From assembly GCA_963669175.1 (NCBI GenBank), contig OY769902.1:352001-416000 (forward strand): a stretch of DNA of 64,000 bases, written 5' to 3'. The notes beneath the pieces were generated by a model. The model was not told where the DNA came from and made no database searches. It was given only the letters and a program-made list of their open reading frames with translations. This document shows, one piece after another, positions 1 to 9,113 of the stretch (within the stretch, counting starts at the first letter, position 1; each line of letters starts with the position of its first letter). The stretch comes from a bacterium. Its GTDB lineage: Bacteria; Electryoneota; Electryoneia; Electryoneales; Electryoneaceae. The position numbers and the translations under genes were made by a program.

Positions 1-1
1 T

Positions 2-376
2 ACGGCTGTTTCCAGTGAACTTTCGACCGCATGTACAGAAGATTTCACATTTAACATTGAAGCGCATAGTACTGTTGGTAACAATGCAACGGATGAACTG
101 CCAACAGAGTTTGCAATAACCTCTATCTTCCCGAATCCGTTCAACCCGGAGACGGAAATCCGGTTCTCGCTGCCCGAACGTGCCACGGTTCACCTGGCGG
201 TTTTCGATATCACCGGACGTGAAGTGGCAAACCTGGCAAACCAGCCTTTCCAAGCCGGACAACATGCCCTGCACTGGAATGCTGCAGACCAGGCCAGCGG
301 TGTGTACTTCCTGCGTATGACTGCGACCGGGAATACACCGTTTGAAGCGACACGAAAGATGATGCTGGTGAAGTAG
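2..376 (+). CDS. T9SS type A sorting domain protein, 5'-truncated at window edge (not in ORF track)
   Basis: Frame 2 open to TAG 374-376: ...ELPTEFAITSIFPNPFNPETEIRFSLPERATVHLAVFDITGREVANL...ASGVYFLRM...ATRKMMLVK*, a typical type A CTD. Confidence 0.9.
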   Translation, partial: TAVSSELSTACTEDFTFNIEAHSTVGNNATDELPTEFAITSIFPNPFNPETEIRFSLPERATVHLAVFDITGREVANLANQPFQAGQHALHWNAADQASGVYFLRMTATGNTPFEATRKMMLVK

Positions 377-425
377 CCGTCATTGCCATACAAACCCGAC
401 AGCAAGCAGTCGGGCCACACGACGT

Positions 426-464
426 AAAACAAAAACGGGGACTGTCCTACATGGACAGTCCCCG
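426..464 (-). terminator. Intrinsic terminator between convergent T9SS genes
   Basis: Perfect 12-bp stem CGGGGACTGTCC-TACAT-GGACAGTCCCCG (436-464) with A-rich run 426-435 (U tail on minus strand). Confidence 0.8.
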
Positions 465-484
465 ATTATCTTGTACGAAAACGT

Positions 485-1756
485 TTATTTAATAAACGAC
501 ATCTGCTTGATCTGCTGCTGGCCACTGGCCTTCAGGACGTAAAAGTAGGTGCCGGAAGACAACTCGCTGGCATTGAATTCAATGCTGTGGTTGCCGGATG
601 ACTGGAAACCATTGACCAACTGGCCTACTACTTCACCGTTCACGTTAAACACAGTAAGGTTAACCAGACCCGCTTCGGGGATGGTGTAGCTGATGTTCGT
701 GGTCGGGTTGAACGGATTCGGGAAGTTCTGGGCCAGGCTCAACTCGGTGGGCAGTGCGCTTAAGACGACATCGCCACTGCCTTCAGAATTCCGGCCACGA
801 CCGTTGCCGCCTTTGCCTCCACCGGTAAAGCTGACGAAGTCTGAGCCTTCAATTTCGTACTCACCATCATTGGCGGTACCGGTAAGCCAGTACTCGGTCT
901 CACTCAAATCGAAACCGATGTCCTGAGTCGGGAAATGAAGCATCAGGTCCACATCGCCGTCGTTGTCGACATCTTCGAAGTGACCGTCATGCGCTGTGCT
1001 GGCGCCATTTGGACCAAAGGACAGGGAAGCCACATCAATCGTGGTAGCATCAAACTCATCCGTAGTCAGGACAGCCACCGGAACAACACCGTTGTTGTTC
1101 GGATTCACACGATTGTTGTCGCTGTCCGGCTTGATGTCTACGAGGACCGAAGTCGGACCGGATTCGATCTCATCCGCTTCTTCCGGGGTGTAGATCGGAT
1201 CACTCAGATCTTCGGCCGAGGTCATGGTGACATCAATGCGGTAGTTCATACCCACAATGCCACCCCAGTCAATCAGGTGCAGACGAATTTCATTTACACC
1301 CGGCACTAACGCTTCTGCGATGACAGCATCACCGGCTGCGTAAGTAAAAGTACCCTCAACATGGGTAATGTAGGTATCATTGACCCAGACGTCGGCAGCA
1401 TTGTCAGCCTTGATTACAAAAACCATGGAAGGATCCGTGAAGTCTTCCGGTACGTAAAAACGGATTCGGAAGTCATGCTCACCATTGATACCAACCGCAT
1501 TGTTTGGATCAATGCTGATCCAGGAATTTGTACCGGAAGCGAAACCCCAGGGATGCCAACCGGTCAGGTAGGCTTCATGCCAGGTAACTCCGCCATCCGA
1601 CGAACAATCAGTGTAAGGATCCACATCACCAACACTACCATTGGCACCCAGAATAGTAAATGTCTGCTCTTTTGGCTGAGCAAAAACCATGGACGATACT
1701 ACCAAAAGCGCTGCAATACTCATCAGCAAACGTGAACCACTTTCCCTCTTACCCAT
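485..1756 (-). CDS. Secreted T9SS type A CTD protein with putative jelly-roll/lectin-like domain and a DIKP...DVDNDGDVDL domain
   Basis: Signal peptide, C-terminal LAQNFPNPFNPTTNISY...LSSGTYFY...KQMSFIK, GGAGG upstream of ATG. Confidence 0.85.
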   Translation of the reverse strand: MGKRESGSRLLMSIAALLVVSSMVFAQPKEQTFTILGANGSVGDVDPYTDCSSDGGVTWHEAYLTGWHPWGFASGTNSWISIDPNNAVGINGEHDFRIRFYVPEDFTDPSMVFVIKADNAADVWVNDTYITHVEGTFTYAAGDAVIAEALVPGVNEIRLHLIDWGGIVGMNYRIDVTMTSAEDLSDPIYTPEEADEIESGPTSVLVDIKPDSDNNRVNPNNNGVVPVAVLTTDEFDATTIDVASLSFGPNGASTAHDGHFEDVDNDGDVDLMLHFPTQDIGFDLSETEYWLTGTANDGEYEIEGSDFVSFTGGGKGGNGRGRNSEGSGDVVLSALPTELSLAQNFPNPFNPTTNISYTIPEAGLVNLTVFNVNGEVVGQLVNGFQSSGNHSIEFNASELSSGTYFYVLKASGQQQIKQMSFIK

Positions 1757-2029
1757 CTCCGACCTCCAAAAAATGTGAACTGTTGCGGCAAAACATACTT
1801 GTAGACTTATTAATCAACATTAGCAATAATTAGGATTGCCAAACTCTGGGAGTAAGGCTACTCTAACTCGCTGTATTAGACCATGATCACTGATAGAGAT
1901 GGAGGGCGTGAGTGGAGGGCTGTACTCTCTATGAGAATGGGAGTTCTTCTATCTTGCACCTTTTTCTTGACACAGAAACTGAACATATGTACATTTATCA
2001 TTACTACGATATAATAGGTGGGAGGCACC

Positions 2030-2512
2030 ATGCCGGTACAAGAATTCCTTCTGGAGGTTCACGAACGTGTTCAACATAGCTTCACCAAACTGCTTGAACA
2101 TTGCGCGTCTTTGACCGAAGAAGAGCTGAATCGTGAAATCGAGGGCTTTGGTTACCCTACGGTCCGTTTGCAACTTCATCACGTGATCGGCGCCCAGAAA
2201 TACTGGATCGGGGTGCTGGAAGGACGGATTGACGCGGACGAGGACGACCCCCTCTACCCCACAGTTGCATCGTTACAGCAATACCGTGAGCAAATCGACA
2301 CCTTGGCAACGCATTACCTGGAACATGTGTCCGACGACGAACTCGTAACCGCTCGTACCATGATGACCTGGGGGAACCATGAGAAGCTGCTAACGCCCGC
2401 GCACGTCTTTATGCGCACCTGTACCCATATTTATCACCACCAGGGCCAGGTACTCGCCATGTGCCGTCTTTTGGGAAAACCACAGAGCGGGCTGGAATAT
2501 CCGCTTGACTAG
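2030..2512 (+). CDS. DinB/YfiT family metal-binding protein
   Basis: TVRLQLHHVIGAQKYW and THIYHHQGQV His motifs; GGAGG at 2021-2025 supports ATG 2030. Confidence 0.85.
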   Translation: MPVQEFLLEVHERVQHSFTKLLEHCASLTEEELNREIEGFGYPTVRLQLHHVIGAQKYWIGVLEGRIDADEDDPLYPTVASLQQYREQIDTLATHYLEHVSDDELVTARTMMTWGNHEKLLTPAHVFMRTCTHIYHHQGQVLAMCRLLGKPQSGLEYPLD

Positions 2513-2803
2513 CCCGAATATTTCACGAATAATAACGGGTAACCAATATAACATTTTTAATATCAATATAATATAAAATCGTTTTCTGAATAGTTCAGGG
2601 TACAGTTTACTCCAGCTCTATAAATAAACCTTAGGCAACCCGCTGCCGGGGTTGTGCATAAGGAAGACGCACTTTTCCCACCGTGAGCGCCAAACAGACG
2701 GCGCCGGACGGTGGGCTAATACAGGAAACCACTGCCGTGGTTTTCTTGATCGTCCCATCTGTAATCGCAAATCAGAACACCGCTCGTGAAATATCCGGGC
2801 TAG
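2509..2803. mobile_element. MITE-like non-coding element (295 bp) with 20-bp terminal inverted repeats
   Basis: CTAGCCCGAATATTTCACGA (2509-2528) vs TCGTGAAATATCCGGGCTAG (2784-2803), 19/20 complementary; internal core repeated at ~18985, ~51536 and ~58348. Confidence 0.7.
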
Positions 2804-2828
2804 CGGACCGATTCACATTGTAGCGCTG

Positions 2829-3908
2829 TCACCCCTGCTTGAATTTTAGCCCGAACAAGGGTCGAATCCACGGCATTCTGCGTACGGTCTCGTAGAATGC
2901 CAGGCTCCCGCCGAAGATACCCACCAGCAGGATGCTCAGTTTTGCGTAGGGCGAAATTTCCAGGGGAATCACGACATACGAGATCGCGTACTGGATGGGA
3001 AAATGAACGATGTACATGGGATAAACCGCACGACTCAAGTAGGTCAGCAGCCGTGAGGGGGAGTTCAGGTACTTCGCGCTGTATCCAAAAACAGCCAGCA
3101 TCCAGCAGAAGGATTCGAACGCGATAAGGAACCTGGGCGCACCGGATATGTCAAACACCAGCCACCGTACAAGAAACAACGTTACTCCCATGCCCAGGTT
3201 CAGCAGTCGTAGCCTTTGGATCGCATTCCAGAAAGCACCTTGCAGGTTCACGAAAAGCAGGCCGAGCACAAAGCACAGCGCTCCGTAAATGTGACCATGA
3301 AGCGAGGTATAGCTGACAAACTCCCTTGGATTTACCAGAACAGTCTCGAGAACCAGGGGGATGGACGCGGCATAGATCATCCAGGGACGGCGCAAAGCAT
3401 TTTTACAAACCTTAATCACCGGGTTGTCCGGGTATTCGCTGAAGGTCCACAGGATGCCGATCGTGTACAGTATGTACAACATAATGTTCATCAAGAACCA
3501 CAAATGCCCTTCATTCGGGTAATAGCCGTTCTCGAGCTTGTAGTAGGCGTGGTAACTGTAGACGGTCGCAGGACAAATCAGGAAAAAGCCGACCAGGTAG
3601 GGAATACCGATCCGAACGCCACGATCCAGCAGAAACTGTTTCCAGTTTCGGTGTTTCATGGCGAAACTGGCGCCCATTCCGGAAATCATGAAGAGGATGG
3701 GGATGCGCCAGACGTTGATCGCGGCCATGGGAATCCACAACCATTCGAGCAGATCAGCATTCTTGATGAAATGAATATTGTTCGCCCACGGCTGAAAACT
3801 GATGATAATGTGATAGATAATCAGCAACCCCAGGGCGAACGTCCGTGTCCAGTCAACATCATAGCGACGTTCCGAAGAGGTAGACGTGATGCTTTCACTG
3901 TTCGACAT
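2829..3908 (-). CDS. Acyltransferase_3 family membrane protein (OpgC/MdoC-like)
   Basis: RRYDVDWTR, LFMISG, HLWFL and YPMYIVH motifs; multiple TM helices. Confidence 0.9.
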   Translation of the reverse strand: MSNSESITSTSSERRYDVDWTRTFALGLLIIYHIIISFQPWANNIHFIKNADLLEWLWIPMAAINVWRIPILFMISGMGASFAMKHRNWKQFLLDRGVRIGIPYLVGFFLICPATVYSYHAYYKLENGYYPNEGHLWFLMNIMLYILYTIGILWTFSEYPDNPVIKVCKNALRRPWMIYAASIPLVLETVLVNPREFVSYTSLHGHIYGALCFVLGLLFVNLQGAFWNAIQRLRLLNLGMGVTLFLVRWLVFDISGAPRFLIAFESFCWMLAVFGYSAKYLNSPSRLLTYLSRAVYPMYIVHFPIQYAISYVVIPLEISPYAKLSILLVGIFGGSLAFYETVRRMPWIRPLFGLKFKQG

Positions 3909-4088
3909 CTTTCCTCATCTTGAAAGTCCAACCGGATTCGTACAATTCCCCAACACTCACATACAATTTAATTTGAATCATTTCAATAGGTAAATCAACC
4001 TGTTGAACGTCCCGTCAGTAACCGGATTCTATAACAATTCCTTGAAATCTTGTCCCATTCTGTAATCACCGAGCCGGACCTGTTTCAA

Positions 4089-4371
4089 GTCATCCCCGGC
4101 TTGACCGGGGATCTCGAAGTCATACGCGCTCATCTCCCACCCCATGTCATCCCAGGCTTGAACGGGGATCTCGAGGTCATACGCGCTCATCTCCTCCCAT
4201 GTCATCCCTGAGCATGACCTTTTTATATCATCCCGGCCTGAACGGGGATCTCGAGGTCATACGCGCTCATCTCCTCCCATGTCATCCCTGAGCATGACCT
4301 TATTATGTCATCCCAGGCTTGAACGGGGATCTCGAGGTCTTACGCGCTCATCTCCCACCCCATGTCATCCC
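4089..4371. repeat. Tandem array of REP-like palindromic units (A-A-B-A-B-A)
   Basis: Four ~55-bp units GTCATCCC.GGCTTGA.CGGGGATCTCGA.GTCATACGCGCTCATCTCC.. and two 26-bp units GTCATCCCTGAGCATGACCTT.TTAT. Confidence 0.85.
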
Positions 4372-4494
4372 TTCCACACGAATGCGGGGATTTACCGGGG
4401 ACTTTTGCGCCGAGGCGTATCTTGAGGTATTACACCACATTCACAACAAGAGAAAAAGGCCACGATTTTCACCGTAACCCTTTGGAAATACTAG

Positions 4495-4579
4495 CGGAGG
4501 ATGAGGGACTCGAACCCCCAAGGGACGTCAGTCCCGGCGGTTTTCAAGACCGCTGCCTTACCAATTAGGCTAATCCTCC
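4495..4579 (-). tRNA. tRNA-Ser (anticodon TGA), long variable arm, CCA not encoded
   Basis: GGAGGAT-TA-GCCT AATTGGTA AGGC-A-GCGGT CTTGAAA ACCGC-C GGGAC TGAC GTCCC TT-GGGGG TTCGAGT CCCTC-ATCCTCC-G folds as a cloverleaf; followed by CTA. Confidence 0.95.
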
Positions 4580-5067
4580 AACTCCGCTATGCAGTATGTC
4601 GTCATTGCGTGCAGGTGTAAGGCTGGGTATCGATAGACCGCGTCAGTCGCCACAATTCCAAGCAACAGCCGTCCCAACCATCCTGCCTGCAATGAAAATC
4701 CCGGTTGCCCGGGAGTCGCCCCGACGGCACTCGTCCGTTGACCGCCGAGTGGAGTAAATATAGTGCGTTAAATTCGAGAGATCAAATCCCTGTTCTCGCT
4801 CCACGTGCAGGCTCGCACGTAGCGCATTGCTAACGCACCATCAGGTTGAAAACTGCACTATCCCGACTTGCTCTTGGGTTGCATGGGTTTAGAACGACCA
4901 TCATACATTGTCAACGCCTCAAAGACAGAAAGCGCACAACTCGCAAATCGGGCCATACCTTCCACGTGCAGGCTCGCACGCATCTTGGCGAAAGTGGATT
5001 TGATCCTGATGACACCCGGGAGTAAAATCCCGGGCCACCTTCCGCAAGATCCGGAATCGCGGAGTCT

Positions 5068-5772
5068 TTAGAAGTAATAGGAAAGCCCCAGCCTTACCTT
5101 ATACAATCGACAATAGAAGTCCGATGCTTCTATTTCACGTGACCTTTCATATTGATAATCCGTTTCCTCTTTATAGACATCATGATTGCTCTCTGAGCTG
5201 ATGTAGTAAGCACGACCGTAGTATTCGCCAACCACAGCGACACGTTGGAATACCCAATAACGAAGTCCGATCATGCCTTCTGCACCCAGGCTATAGGATT
5301 TATTCTCGTACCAGTCCCCGATATGAGTATCGAATTGTCCGTCCAGAATGTTCTCATCGGTTTGCCTGGAATAACCAAAATAGGGACCGATACCGCCATA
5401 CATCTCAATACGCTCGACTTTCCTGATCGGCCAGATTGTCAACAGGCTCAGGTTAATCTCCAGGTAGTCACTATCCATCTCAGCATCAAGGAAATAGTTC
5501 CCAGCCTGATCAGCCCATTGAGAATAGTCTCCTCTTCCAGTGTACTGGCTGATGGAGAGGTTGGTCCGCAACGACATTTCCCTGAACACCTTGTGCGAAT
5601 AAGCAAAATCCAGATTGGTAAAATTTTCTATCGAAGAAACAAACAGGTACGCGCCACCGGTATAATCGGGTGGTGTATACGCTGCGTTGTCTTCGGCGTA
5701 CAAGGGTAAAATGGTGAAAAGCATGCAAGCTGAAATCAGTACGTATTTGGAAGTATGTAAAATGCTGTTCAT
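5068..5772 (-). CDS. Outer membrane beta-barrel protein
   Basis: Signal peptide, alternating beta pattern, YGGIGP motif, C-terminal RLGLSYYF beta signal. Confidence 0.75.
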   Translation of the reverse strand: MNSILHTSKYVLISACMLFTILPLYAEDNAAYTPPDYTGGAYLFVSSIENFTNLDFAYSHKVFREMSLRTNLSISQYTGRGDYSQWADQAGNYFLDAEMDSDYLEINLSLLTIWPIRKVERIEMYGGIGPYFGYSRQTDENILDGQFDTHIGDWYENKSYSLGAEGMIGLRYWVFQRVAVVGEYYGRAYYISSESNHDVYKEETDYQYERSREIEASDFYCRLYKVRLGLSYYF

Positions 5773-5832
5773 GATCTGTTCCTTTCAAAACCGATGATGG
5801 TGCGTTAATAGTCTCGAAATAGACAGTCTCTT

Positions 5833-6537
5833 CTAGAGATAAAGCGACATACCTATTCGAAACAGTTTAAATTCAAAATAGTTGCTTTTGTCTTTACCTT
5901 GATATGTGGTAAAATAATTATTTCCTGTAGTTCCATCTTTTTCCTTTACAATTGTTTCACTAATTTGATAATAATCTTGCATGTAGCATTCCGTAACAAC
6001 AGCCACACGTGGTGACAGCCACCATCGGACTCCCCCCATGAGCTCGGCGCCCCACCTGTTCTGCTCGTCTTCTCTGCGTTCCACTTGTGTTTCGCCATTC
6101 ATCATTGACAGAGTCTCATTCGTATAGCTGCTGCTTCCGAATAATGGCCCGAATCCTCCATATACTTCGAACCTGTCCTTCTGCATGAAAGATCGAATGA
6201 ACAGGAAAGAAAAATCATAATGATAATCCCAATTCTTTCTTTCATCCTTATAGAGATCCCAGGTATCATCGCCAATCGGAAGATGTGAATCTTTGTTCTC
6301 ATTGTTGTGAATGTACAGGTCCATGTTTACCCTTAAATCTAATCCCCACCAGATTTTAGATCCACATGCGAAGCTAATGCTTGAATAATCCGTAAGGGAA
6401 TGAGTGAAAAAATACACACTTTGCTTATACTTCGCCGGTTTAAACCCTGTGGATTCTTCGGCGAATAAGGGAGTAGAAACAAGGAGGATCGAAAGGCTTA
6501 ACAGGAGGAATAAAAGCAACACATTTTTCTTGATCAT
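5833..6537 (-). CDS. Outer membrane beta-barrel protein, paralog of 5068..5772
   Basis: Same length (234 aa), shared EVYGGFGP, GVRWW and RVAVV.E.Y motifs, C-terminal RIGMSLYL. Confidence 0.75.
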   Translation of the reverse strand: MIKKNVLLLFLLLSLSILLVSTPLFAEESTGFKPAKYKQSVYFFTHSLTDYSSISFACGSKIWWGLDLRVNMDLYIHNNENKDSHLPIGDDTWDLYKDERKNWDYHYDFSFLFIRSFMQKDRFEVYGGFGPLFGSSSYTNETLSMMNGETQVERREDEQNRWGAELMGGVRWWLSPRVAVVTECYMQDYYQISETIVKEKDGTTGNNYFTTYQGKDKSNYFEFKLFRIGMSLYL

Positions 6538-6694
6538 GACACGTCCTTTCTCTGACCAGGCAGGCTTCCGTGTTTCAGGGCGGTCTCTGCGGTTGAAGGC
6601 GCTAACATCCGCGATCAGACCACGCGTCTGTACTTCATTTCAAATTCCAAAATAGCACGTTTCTTTCCGAAAACAAACCCGCAAGCCTTTTCCC

Positions 6695-6787
6695 ACAACA
6701 AAAATCCCCGTTTACCTGTCACACGATTTTGAACGGCTGCTCGAGAATCTCAAACAGCCATCAATTCCTGCGACAAGCAAACGGGGA
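6695..6787 (-). terminator. Long hairpin with U-rich tail downstream of the selenoprotein gene
   Basis: Minus strand TCCCCGTTTGCTTGTCGCA...TGTGACAGGTAAACGGGGA then TTTTTGTTGT; inner GGCTG/CAGCC pairing. Confidence 0.55.
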
Positions 6788-6814
6788 CATAAGTAACCGT
6801 TGCCTTCTGACATA

Positions 6815-8878
6815 CTATTTCATAAGGATCATCTTTCTGGTCGCCTCATGCGTGACCTTGTCTCCAAGGGCAGTCAGACGATAGAAATAGACGCCGCTGG
6901 CCAGGTGATCCGCCTGCCAGGCGATATTATGAGCGCCTGCAGCGTATTGACCTTCGGCCAGACGCGCCACTTCACGTCCCAGCATGTCAAACACAGTCAA
7001 CTCCACCATCGCCGCTTCCGGAAGACTGAACCGGATGTCTGTGGACGGGTTGAACGGGTTGGGGTGATTCTGCGCCAAGGCGAATTCCTGCGGCAGAATG
7101 TCGCTGCCAAAGCCATCAATAACACCGTTGTATTGGAAATCAGCCATCCAGACCATGATGTTCAGCATCAGGGCCGCACGATGTTCCTGGGTATCAATGG
7201 TTTCAAATGGGAATCCGAACAGCAGAGTACGGTAATTATCAGACATATTCCGTACCGCTGCCCCTAACTGGGTGCCGCCAAACTTGATACAGGTCGTACC
7301 TGCGTTACCCGCAACACTTACCGGGTTACGGTAGTTGTTGGCGCCATCACCACCATACAGGTTGACTTCAATGCCGTCCCCGATCGGGTCATCATCATAC
7401 CCCTGAATGGTGTAGAAATCACCGGCAGAACCAACATAAGTCCCCATCAGTGTTTCAAGCGTTGTACCCGCAACATAGTTCGGGGCATCCACACCGCTGA
7501 GGAACAAGTTGCCACCATTGTTGACATAAGCAGTCAAGCCAGCGATTTCAGACTCGGTCAACACACCAAAGTCGCCAAGGTACCACATCACCAGGCGCGG
7601 ATTTGCACTGGTCAGTTCTTCAAAAACCAGTGGGTAGCTCTCGTTCGGCCATACACCGAAAGTGACCTGCTCGTCCGAGTCCGTTTCGCCCAGCGCGTTT
7701 ACGGCATTGATGGCATCTGCGAAATAGTTGCCATACGCCCCGTTCGGATCACTGTTCACCACCAGCATTTCACCGGACGATTGCAGGAAGAAAGTAAACT
7801 CGGTAAAGTTGGCCGGTTGGTTCTGTGACGTGATCAGGAAGGTCAGCTCGAACGATTCGCCTGGGGTCGCACTTGGTGTCAGCGAGATAACCGCATCATG
7901 ATGCGAATCTGAAACCAGGGAAAGAGTAGCATCATCGGAATGATCGCCATCCGGGAGAGAATAGCTGAACCCCCAACCTTCCGGCACATCTTCTGCGTTG
8001 ACATCTATATCATAGCTGTCATCAGCAAGTCCGAGGTTGAAAATTCCCACGTCAAAGGTCGCAGTGACTTCTGTCGAACCCAGGTGATAAAACTCTTCGC
8101 AAGCGCCAAAGAACAGATAATCCGGGTACCCTTCCGGTGTTAGGCTACTGGAACGCGCCTGGAGGACTTCGCCGGTTTCATCGTCCTGTACAAACACCAC
8201 CAGCGTAACATCATCTTCACCCAGCTCCTCGCCTAACAGATCAACCGGCCAGTTGAATGTCGCTGAGTATTCTGCCGTTGTATAGGCGTCACAGGTGAAA
8301 TCCTGGCCATTGCCGTTGGGCCGCATCGCCAGCAGGTCATGTTCGAATTCGTCCTGCTCGTTGGATGCATCCCACTCCGCATAATTGGAAGTCAAGGCAA
8401 AATGGATGGTATGACCGCTTTCAATAGCAGAGCCTGCATTGAGGACTGTTGCTGTCACATCCATCGTGCTTTCTTCCATCTCAACGGCAAGGAAGATTTC
8501 TATGGGCGTTGGAATGTTCCTGCGTTCCGTTACAGGAGAAGAAATGTTAGCGCTGTTGATCGGCCAGATATCATACAGGCCGTCAATCAAGAGAGCTGGA
8601 ATGCCGGTTACACCGTAAAAATTCGCACGGGTATTTGCTGCCGATCCGGACGCCTGGTACCAGGGATCACCTGCCCCATTGTCATTCAGATGGTAGACAA
8701 TGGTAGCAACCACATCAGGATTGTTTTCAGCATAAGTCATCACCGCCTGCCCCGCAGACGGACAAGTGGGTCACCACTCTGTCTGGAATTCTTCCAGTAG
8801 AACTCGACGCTGGAAAGCATGGGACGAGCCTGCCAGCAGGCCGATAAGTACTACACCGGTGAACAAACGTCGAAACAT
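6815..8878 (-). CDS. Predicted selenoprotein: Omp28-like thioredoxin-fold (UxxC) secreted protein with T9SS type A CTD, 687 aa if TGA is read as Sec
   Basis: GAGGGAGG RBS + ATG 8878; MFRRLFTGVVLIGLLAGSSHA/FQRRVLLEEFQTEW-TGA(8771-8773)-PTCPSAGQAV continues in frame into ORF 6815..8743; C-terminal LAQNHPNPFNPST...RKMILMK. Confidence 0.85.
8741..8770 (-). promoter_or_regulatory. Putative bacterial SECIS element
   Basis: 9 nt after the UGA: stem-loop CCGUCUGC-GGG-GCAGGCGG (8761-8743) with G-rich apical loop. Confidence 0.65.
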
Positions 8879-9113
8879 GTGGCCTCCCTCTATACTTGTA
8901 GATCTACAGCTCCCTCTCGACTCTATCCAAATAAATTACGTTGACCCCGGGAAGGGTAACAAGCAGAAAAAGAAACATTGACAAGATTTTCACAGGTTTG
9001 GAGAGCCTACCAGGAGAACATGAAAACAGAAACGCTTTTCATGTTAAGTTTATAAATAACAGGATACACCAGAAAAAGTCCGGTTGATTTTCATTCCTGA
9101 TCACCCCTGTTCT

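Noticed and set aside
4089-4371. Possible CRISPR array
   Set aside because: The intervening sequences are near-identical rather than unique spacers, and there are no cas genes in the window
4495-4579. tRNA-Sec, given the nearby selenoprotein candidate
   Set aside because: Anticodon is TGA (Ser), not TCA, and the acceptor stem is 7 bp
4089-4579. Integrated island at the tRNA 3' end
   Set aside because: No integrase and no duplicated tRNA 3' fragment seen in the window
9017-9045. Inverted repeat AACATGAAAA-N9-TTTTCATGTT between the radical SAM and selenoprotein genes
   Set aside because: Single AT-rich dyad; I cannot distinguish operator, weak terminator or chance
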